Translations under genes and position numbers: made by a program
In this document: in pieces, positions 57,519 to 64,000 of the stretch
Layout: each line of letters starts with the position of its first letter
How positions within the stretch are numbered: the first letter of the stretch is position 1
The notes under the pieces: generated by a model
Told to the model about the DNA's origin: nothing
Database searches by the model: none
Seen by the model: only the letters and a program-made list of their open reading frames with translations
NCBI GenBank assembly: GCA_002450975.1
Contig: DKAX01000094.1
Location: 2,735-66,734, forward strand
Direction of reading: 5' to 3'
DNA: 64,000 bases
From: Proteobacteria bacterium UBA6915
Lineage (GTDB): Bacteria > Pseudomonadota > Gammaproteobacteria > UBA6915

Positions 57519-60507
57519 TGTCCAATCCCCGTTGTTGCATAGCGCGCTTTAAATCCTCTAGTGAGAATTTCGGCTTTGAAAACACGGGAGACTGTATGCG
57601 AAAACGATTGGCGGTACGTAGCGTCTTGCCGCGGGCCGTAACCCCTACGACATGGTAACCGCCTGCCGGCATGGTCGCAGGTATCTCGACGGTAAACCGC
57701 CCCTGCCCGCCAATCACCTTGCTACGTGGCGGCAACTCAACCGATGCCAGTATTTCATCGCCGGCAAAAAACAACGCCTGCTGCGATTGGGCAATTCGTG
57801 TTATAGGACTAACACTGCCCACAATACTTACCGGTTGCGGCTGTTTGGGTTGACTGATATCCAATTCCACCAGCAGGTTCTGGCTCGTCAACGCATAAAT
57901 CGTCTCTCCACTGCGCAGGAAATCTGCAATATCCATGCCCAATGAAACAAAGGAAATTGGCTCCAGCCAGGAGTTGGCCAAGTTAATACCATGGATCCCG
58001 TTACCCAACTGACTCACCCAGGCCATACGATCGCCAAGCTGCAGGCGCCCCAAGCCGGCCATCGCCAGCGAACGTCCCTCCACCAATCGGCCATCAACCT
58101 GTTTTAACTCCAACAAACCTGAATCATTGGTCAACAACCAGGAATCCGGGGCAGTAGCCTGGATATCATTGATATCCCCCTGCCACGCCTGTAACTCTTC
58201 GATACGAGCGGGAATAGCGACGCCAAGAATTTGCAGGCCATTATCAAATTGCACCAACAGACGCTCCCGCTCCAACGACAGCAGGTGCCGTACCGGAGAA
58301 CGTGTAGTCCACTGGCCCAGCAACTGTGGCTCAAAGGGATCATGGATATTGACGACGACAACCCCCGTATCCGTTCCGATATAGGCACTTCGTCCCACAA
58401 CCAAAATGGTACGCGCCGGCGCCGGCAGATCGAGACCACTCAACCAAATCGGCCCGACTGGGTTTTTAACGTCGTAGATTTGCAGACCTCGCGCCCCTTG
58501 GGCTGCGAAGGCGTAATCCCCCTGTAGGGTGACATCCTGAATCTTGTCGCCACCCTGATATCTACCCAGCAACCGCGGCCGACTAACATCACTGATATCC
58601 AATATTTTGAAACCACCCCACCAATCAAGTGCGTAAACCTGACTCCCACGGACATTGACCCCCCAGGTCGAACCATCCGTATCGTATTGCCCCAAAATAC
58701 GCGGTTCCCGGGGTTTTTTGATATCCACCGTAAAGACCCCGGCATCCCAGGCTGCAATCACCGCCAGATCATCCTGTAAGGCAATACCCCGGGCATTACC
58801 AGGAATGGGCAAATGGGCAATCGGCTTGGGCCGGTAGGGTGAAGCCAGATCGAGCACATACAAACCTTTGTCAAAAAAACAGACGTAGGCATAGCGGTCA
58901 CGAATCACGATGTCCTCGGCAAAACCACCCGGATCAAAACTACCCTTCTGCACCGGTTGTTCCGGTTTGGTCACGTCAAATACCAGGACACCGGAGCTGT
59001 CATCCGCGACATACAAGGTATTCTTACGCTTGGCCAATGCCCAGGCCTTGCCCGGCGTATCAACCCCACCAAGCAACCGCGGTTGCCTGACATCGGCCAC
59101 ATCGACGATATAGAAACCGCCGCGATGAGACGCCACATAGAGGGTGTCATCAAACAATTGCATGGTATAAACAAGTCCCGGAAGCGCCAGACTGGCCAAC
59201 CTCCTCGGATGTGCGGAATCGTGCACGTCGAGAACCTGTAAGCCATGATCATCGTCACCGACGAAGGCCACACCGTTGCGCACCAACACACCCTTGGCCG
59301 ACCCGGGTGTATGATAGCCACCCATGTGGCCGGGCCTGGCAGGATCTTTCACATCGTATATGTGCAGTCCTGAAAACCAGTCGGCAACATAGACCCTGTT
59401 ATCTTCGACAAAGGCGCGTCGCGAGCCACCGAAATTCCGCCCCTCGGTACTGATTTGCGTAGGCGTGGTTACGGAAACATCGATCAGCTGCAAGGAAAGG
59501 TCCGCCGACACCCATAGCGCGCCATCATCAGCCCAAACCAATTGATCAGGCAGCCAGTCCAACCAATGGTAAGAAAGGGAAAATGCCCTGTCCTTATGAC
59601 TGACATCAACAATAGACAAACGTCCACGCCTATCGACTACGGCGGCGCGCCCATCCCGCACCGCCACCAACGAAATGGCTCCAACCTTGTGATTGCTGGC
59701 CAGCCATCGAGGTTGCTCCGCCTTGGCGACAGACAATAGGGTCAGCCCCTGGCTTCCTGCGATATAGGCAATACCCTCGTGGACCTGCAAAGCGTTGGCA
59801 TCGCCCGTAACCTGATAACTGGACTGCACTGAACCAAAGCGCTTGCTGTCAAGATTCAATACATAAAAGCGATTATCTTCGCCAAGGAAATAACCCGTAT
59901 CACCCTCCACCACAAACGAACGCACGCTAAAATCGAGACTTTGCATACGCAACATCAGCGGGCGCGGCTGCATGCCTACCTTGATCAGATCCTGCCCCTT
60001 CAACAGCAGGATAAGACTTTCATCATTGTCACTGTAGAGGCCCAACACCTCACCAGGCAGAGTCAACTCCCGTCGATCCTCAATTTGCAACCGATCGTTG
60101 AGTAAGAATATTTTTAACTCTGCCCCTGTAGTGACATATAAACGACGTCCGACCAAAAACATATGATCCAGTCGTTTTACTGCGGCAATCATCCCTTGTT
60201 GCCGCCAACTGCGTTTGGCCGCATCGAATGTCAATAATTGAATCCCAGTTCCTGGCTGGTAGTTAAGCAACAGCTTTTCTGAAAACTGTAAAAAACCACC
60301 CTCACCGGTGAACTCATAGTCAGATAGCGCTACAGAGCCACCCGGCATCAGAAAAAGATGCTCAATATCAGCGTCGGTTTCGATTGCAACCGTCGCTGAC
60401 TGCCCGTGACGAACCTGATCGGGCTGAACCAACATTGCCGCCGCTACCGATGAAGAAAATACAAACAGGAAAATGGGTATAAAGATAATTACTGGCACAA
60501 TGCTCAC
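57502..60507 (-). CDS. Secreted LVIVD-repeat beta-propeller protein
   Basis: 1001 aa with a GTG start and signal peptide ...FVFSSSVAAA. At least 9 LVIVD-type repeats (VYVADWFSGLHIYDV, AFVGDDDHGLQVLDV, LYVASHRGGFYIVDV, LYVADDSSGVLVFDV, AYVCFFDKGLYVLDL, ...). Confidence 0.8.
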   Translation of the reverse strand: MSIVPVIIFIPIFLFVFSSSVAAAMLVQPDQVRHGQSATVAIETDADIEHLFLMPGGSVALSDYEFTGEGGFLQFSEKLLLNYQPGTGIQLLTFDAAKRSWRQQGMIAAVKRLDHMFLVGRRLYVTTGAELKIFLLNDRLQIEDRRELTLPGEVLGLYSDNDESLILLLKGQDLIKVGMQPRPLMLRMQSLDFSVRSFVVEGDTGYFLGEDNRFYVLNLDSKRFGSVQSSYQVTGDANALQVHEGIAYIAGSQGLTLLSVAKAEQPRWLASNHKVGAISLVAVRDGRAAVVDRRGRLSIVDVSHKDRAFSLSYHWLDWLPDQLVWADDGALWVSADLSLQLIDVSVTTPTQISTEGRNFGGSRRAFVEDNRVYVADWFSGLHIYDVKDPARPGHMGGYHTPGSAKGVLVRNGVAFVGDDDHGLQVLDVHDSAHPRRLASLALPGLVYTMQLFDDTLYVASHRGGFYIVDVADVRQPRLLGGVDTPGKAWALAKRKNTLYVADDSSGVLVFDVTKPEQPVQKGSFDPGGFAEDIVIRDRYAYVCFFDKGLYVLDLASPYRPKPIAHLPIPGNARGIALQDDLAVIAAWDAGVFTVDIKKPREPRILGQYDTDGSTWGVNVRGSQVYALDWWGGFKILDISDVSRPRLLGRYQGGDKIQDVTLQGDYAFAAQGARGLQIYDVKNPVGPIWLSGLDLPAPARTILVVGRSAYIGTDTGVVVVNIHDPFEPQLLGQWTTRSPVRHLLSLERERLLVQFDNGLQILGVAIPARIEELQAWQGDINDIQATAPDSWLLTNDSGLLELKQVDGRLVEGRSLAMAGLGRLQLGDRMAWVSQLGNGIHGINLANSWLEPISFVSLGMDIADFLRSGETIYALTSQNLLVELDISQPKQPQPVSIVGSVSPITRIAQSQQALFFAGDEILASVELPPRSKVIGGQGRFTVEIPATMPAGGYHVVGVTARGKTLRTANRFRIQSPVFSKPKFSLEDLKRAMQQRGLDSEPLQ

Positions 60508-60581
60508 ATGCGCGACACTAGTTGTCGCATTCCGTCGGTTGGCGCGCCATCAAGCGCGCCTGATTCAATAGGAAGAGGCGC

Positions 60582-61082
60582 TTAACGTGCGGCAATAGGC
60601 ACGGGTTCATCACTGACAGCACGCAAACGCGTCAGCCATACCTGCGCCTGATCAAGGTCTACCAACTCCGGCTGGGCATAGACACCGCGAAACTCCTCAT
60701 CACGCTCACTCAACATCACGTAATAGGTTGCGCCCGACTCGAATTCAACGCGAAGGGTTCGCTCCAGTTCAACCGGGAGTCTATTGCCCGTATACAAGGT
60801 GAGACTCTTTACGCGAATATCCCCTTTGGACTCGCGCAAGCGCACATAGGCAAACTCACCTTTAGCCAAAGAGAGCAAAAGCTGATTGTTATACTCGATC
60901 TTGACCGGGCTATCGGAAATGCCTTTGGGCCGAGTGGTATCCGGACGGATAAAATAGACTGCAACGCCCCCCTCCTGCTCCTTGGACATCAACATCGGGT
61001 GATCACTGATAATGGAACTGAATGAACACGCCGACACAAACTGCGTCAAGAACACTACGCCTATTAAACCGATTTTTTTCAA
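60582..61082 (-). CDS. Lipoprotein (DUF2846-like, tentative)
   Basis: 166 aa with lipobox FVSAC. VAVYFIRPD... followed by a beta-rich domain. Confidence 0.55.
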   Translation of the reverse strand: MKKIGLIGVVFLTQFVSACSFSSIISDHPMLMSKEQEGGVAVYFIRPDTTRPKGISDSPVKIEYNNQLLLSLAKGEFAYVRLRESKGDIRVKSLTLYTGNRLPVELERTLRVEFESGATYYVMLSERDEEFRGVYAQPELVDLDQAQVWLTRLRAVSDEPVPIAAR

Positions 61083-61165
61083 TGGACCCTCCCTAACAAC
61101 ACCATCATCAAACCGTTAAAAAGCTTACCCATTACCTCCACGCCTGTCCATGTCACAAAGACCAT

Positions 61166-62206
61166 CTAAGGGCTGGGATTGGGTATGCGCACATGAATTG
61201 CCTCAATGGCGGCCAGCAGCTCAACAGACAAACTCACCTCCAGGGACCGGATATTCGCTTCCAGCTGCTGCAAGCTGGTCGCGCCGATAATATTGCTGGT
61301 CAGGAATGAACGTGTGTTGACATAGGCCAGAGCCATTTGGACCGGATCCAGGCCGTACTCCCGTGCGAGATTGACATAAGCCTCGGTAGCAGCAACTGCC
61401 TGAGGATTATTATAACGATCAAAGCGTTGGAACAGTGTGATGCGGGCACCGGCAGGACGTGCGCCATGCAGGTATTTTCCACTCAGCACACCAAACCCCA
61501 GGGGCGAATAGGCGAGTAAACCACAGCGCTCACGCTCGGAAATCTCCGCCAATCCCACCTCATAGCTGCGATTCAACAGATTAAAGGGATTCTGCACACT
61601 GACGATCCGCGGCCAGCCACGGCTCTCTGACAGGGCCAGAAAACGCATCACACCCCAGGGGGTCTCGTTGGACAGGCCGATGTGACGGATTTTGCCGGCG
61701 CGCACCAACTTGTCCAGCTCGGCCAGGGTCTCCTCGATGGCCACGGGTATATCGTCAGGATCATGACTGTAGCCCAAGTGACCAAAATAATTGGTCTTGC
61801 GGTCGGGCCAATGGAGTTGATACAAATCGACATAATCGGTCTTGAGGCGGCGCAGACTGCCCTCCAACGCCTCCTGTAAAAACTTCCCGTTCAGCCGGGT
61901 TCGACCCTCGCGGATATGGCTGATCCAATCGCCACGACTGGCAATCTTTGTGGCCAGGACAATCTGGTCACGGTTTCCGCGCCGTGACAGCCAATTGCCG
62001 ATATATTGCTCGGTCAGGGTATAGGTCTCGCCCCGGGGTGGGACCGGGTAAAGCTCGGCGGTATCGATGAAGTTAATCCCCTGATCGAGGGCATAGTCGA
62101 GTTGTGCATGAGCCTCCTGCTCGCTGTTTTGCTCGCCCCACGTCATGGTTCCCAGACAGAGCTGGCTGACCTGAACATCGGTTACTCCCAACTGACGGTA
62201 GTGCAC
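61166..62206 (-). CDS. tas: NADP(H)-dependent aldo-keto reductase Tas
   Basis: 346 aa. LCLGTMTWGEQNSEQEAHAQLDYALDQGINFIDTAELYPVPP closely parallels E. coli Tas. Confidence 0.85.
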   Translation of the reverse strand: MHYRQLGVTDVQVSQLCLGTMTWGEQNSEQEAHAQLDYALDQGINFIDTAELYPVPPRGETYTLTEQYIGNWLSRRGNRDQIVLATKIASRGDWISHIREGRTRLNGKFLQEALEGSLRRLKTDYVDLYQLHWPDRKTNYFGHLGYSHDPDDIPVAIEETLAELDKLVRAGKIRHIGLSNETPWGVMRFLALSESRGWPRIVSVQNPFNLLNRSYEVGLAEISERERCGLLAYSPLGFGVLSGKYLHGARPAGARITLFQRFDRYNNPQAVAATEAYVNLAREYGLDPVQMALAYVNTRSFLTSNIIGATSLQQLEANIRSLEVSLSVELLAAIEAIHVRIPNPSP

Positions 62207-62226
62207 GCTAAATAACTCCTCGTGGT

Positions 62227-63246
62227 TTACGGCTGATGAAACGGCTGGCCCAGATCCCAGCGCGGACGCACATTGAAACTCAATCCCGACTCCTGTTCAC
62301 CCTCTTGCAGTCGACACCAGCCTGCATAGGCGATCATGGCGCCGTTATCGGTACAAAAGGCCGGGCGGGGAAAATAGACCTTCCCCCCCAGTGCAACCAT
62401 GGCCTCCCCCAGAACCTCACGCAAGCGCTGATTGGCCCCAACTCCCCCGGCCACAACCAGGCGCTTCAACCCGGTCTGCTTCAAGGCCCGGCGACACTTG
62501 ATCACCAGGGTCTGCACCACCGCCTCCTGAAAGGCGGCGGCGATGTCGGCCTGCGCCTGGGCATCACCAATGTGGTCGGCCAGGGTATTGCGGGCAAAGG
62601 TCTTCAAACCGCTGAAACTAAAATCGAGACCTGGCCGATCCGTCATGGGTCGGGGAAAGGTAAAGCGATCCAGTTGTCCTGACTGGGCCAGGCGTGACAA
62701 CTCCGGACCACCGGGATAACCCAGGCCCATCAATTTGGCCGTCTTGTCGAAGGCCTCGCCCACAGCATCGTCCACCGATTGCCCCAGGAGCCGGTAACGT
62801 CCCACACCATCGACCCGAACCAGCTGGGTATGGCCGCCGGAGACCAACAAGGCAATAAAGGGAAACTCCGGTCGTTCAGGCTCCAACATGGGCGCCAGCA
62901 AGTGACCCTCCATGTGGTGCACCGCCACCGCCGGCACCCCCCAGGACATGGCCAGACTCCGGGCAAAACCCGCGCCGACCAAAAGCGCACCCACCAATCC
63001 GGGTCCGGCCGTATAGGCAACGGCGTCAATGTCCGCCGCGCCTCCCCCCGACTCTTCAAGCACTTTTCGTATCAAAGGCAAAAGCTTACGCACATGATCA
63101 CGGGATGCCAGCTCGGGTACGACACCGCCGTACTCCGCGTGCAAGGCGACCTGACTGTGCAGGGCGTGGCTCAGCAGGCCACGCTCACTGTCATAGACCG
63201 CAAGGCCTGTCTCATCACAGGATGTCTCGATTCCAAGTACGCGCAT
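62227..63246 (-). CDS. tsaD: tRNA N6-adenosine threonylcarbamoyltransferase TsaD
   Basis: 339 aa. [19 protein letters not shown]...HHMEGHLL... It is divergent from rpsU, as is widely conserved. Confidence 0.95.
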   Translation of the reverse strand: MRVLGIETSCDETGLAVYDSERGLLSHALHSQVALHAEYGGVVPELASRDHVRKLLPLIRKVLEESGGGAADIDAVAYTAGPGLVGALLVGAGFARSLAMSWGVPAVAVHHMEGHLLAPMLEPERPEFPFIALLVSGGHTQLVRVDGVGRYRLLGQSVDDAVGEAFDKTAKLMGLGYPGGPELSRLAQSGQLDRFTFPRPMTDRPGLDFSFSGLKTFARNTLADHIGDAQAQADIAAAFQEAVVQTLVIKCRRALKQTGLKRLVVAGGVGANQRLREVLGEAMVALGGKVYFPRPAFCTDNGAMIAYAGWCRLQEGEQESGLSFNVRPRWDLGQPFHQP

Positions 63247-63403
63247 CGGACTATTGTCGCCACTAGCGCTTTTTCTGGCAACTTTCTTGCTATTCCAGGG
63301 TTTTTGTCTATAATCTGCCGGTTCTACGGCCTGCTGAGGAAAAAACTGCGGTTTTGCAGCCGGCTCGAATATCCGATGGACCTATCTACTGAGGTGATAT
63401 TAC

Positions 63404-63619
63404 ATGCCCCAAGTGCGTGTTAAAGAGAACGAACCCTTCGAAGTTGCTCTGCGCCGCTTCAAACGTACCTGTGAAAAGGCCGGCGTCCTGACCGACGTAC
63501 GTCGCCGCGAATTTTATGAAAAGCCGACCTCCGTGCGTAAGCGCAAGGCCGCCGCTGCCGTAAAACGCCATCTGAAAAAGATCTCCAAGAGCAGCATCCG
63601 TCGTCGTCGCCTGTACTAA
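63404..63619 (+). CDS. rpsU: 30S ribosomal protein S21
   Basis: 71 aa. [29 protein letters not shown]... Confidence 0.97.
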   Translation: MPQVRVKENEPFEVALRRFKRTCEKAGVLTDVRRREFYEKPTSVRKRKAAAAVKRHLKKISKSSIRRRRLY

Positions 63620-63640
63620 TCACAGGCAGCACGCTTGACC

Positions 63641-64000
63641 ATGAGCTCTGACAGCGCCTTAAAACAACGCCTTACTGAAGACATGAAGGCCGCCATGCGC
63701 GCCAAGGACAGTGAGCGTCTGGGCGTTATTCGCCTGATCCTGGCGGCCATCAAGCAACGTGAGGTGGATGAGCGCATCGCCCTGGACGACAGCCAGGTGC
63801 TGGCCGTCATGGACAAGATGCTCAAGCAACGGCGCGATTCCATCGAGCAGTTCCAGAAAGCGGCCCGTACCGATCTGGCCGACAAAGAACAGTTCGAGAT
63901 GGGTATCATTCAGGCCTATATGCCGGCACAGCTGGATGAAGGGGAGCTGACCGCGCTCATTACTCAGGCGATCGGCACTACCGGCGCCAAAGATATCAAA
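63641..64000 (+). CDS. yqeY: GatB/YqeY domain protein (partial, runs off the right edge)
   Basis: Absent from the ORF track because it is open-ended. My translation from ATG 63641 reads MSSDSALKQRLTEDMKAAMRAKDSERLGVIRLILAAIKQREVDERIALDDSQVLAVMDKMLKQRRDSIEQFQKAARTDLADKEQFEMGIIQAYMP... Confidence 0.85.
   Translation, partial: MSSDSALKQRLTEDMKAAMRAKDSERLGVIRLILAAIKQREVDERIALDDSQVLAVMDKMLKQRRDSIEQFQKAARTDLADKEQFEMGIIQAYMPAQLDEGELTALITQAIGTTGAKDIK

Noticed and set aside
1-64000. CRISPR arrays, tRNA/rRNA genes, IS elements, integrases, prophage modules, known defence-system signature genes
   Set aside because: I saw no regularly spaced repeat array and no cloverleaf-like or rRNA-like sequence in the intergenic regions I read. 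No transposase-, integrase- or reverse-transcriptase-like ORF appears in the six-frame track.

Overview
64-kb chromosomal segment of a GC-rich, Gammaproteobacteria-like genome. I support about 57 protein-coding genes or gene remnants. I recognised no rRNA, tRNA, CRISPR array, transposase or integrase. The right edge carries the conserved housekeeping locus tsaD <-> rpsU-yqeY, next to tas. The left edge cuts an Anbu-type proteasome-like peptidase gene. In between are envelope and periplasmic functions: M15 peptidase - alpha-2-macroglobulin - PBP1C, SPFH-NfeD-YajD, MscS, a signal-peptide MsrA, OMP-like barrels and an ABC-2 exporter operon. There are also signalling genes (cNMP-binding protein, HD-GYP, GGDEF, hybrid histidine kinase, TetR, LytTR). 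The window holds many large secreted repeat proteins: a beta-propeller, an SdrD-B-like protein, a vWA lipoprotein, a beta-helix lipoprotein, a BNR/Asp-box lipoprotein and an LVIVD-repeat protein. I found no clearly novel multi-gene system such as a defence island. The observations most worth a second look are: (1) a duplicated-flank two-slot architecture at 41.3-44.7 kb with different cargo genes and abutting pseudogene remnants; (2) a DEAD-box helicase whose N-terminal RecA domain looks DbpA-like and whose C-terminal half looks RhlB-like; (3) a tightly packed five-gene operon (ABC-2 exporter, secreted amidohydrolase, BFD-like 2Fe-2S protein, small winged-helix-like protein) whose amidohydrolase is split by a single in-frame TAA; (4) a lipoprotein - LVIVD propeller - GGDEF unit; (5) a 770-nt ORF-free, AT-rich region with four TACGTA palindromes upstream of the BNR lipoprotein gene; (6) several frame disruptions (DUF2141, BNR/Ig-like junction) and a G9 tract upstream of a WbpP-like epimerase. 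All family assignments come from reading motifs by eye and from memory of reference proteins. No database search was run.
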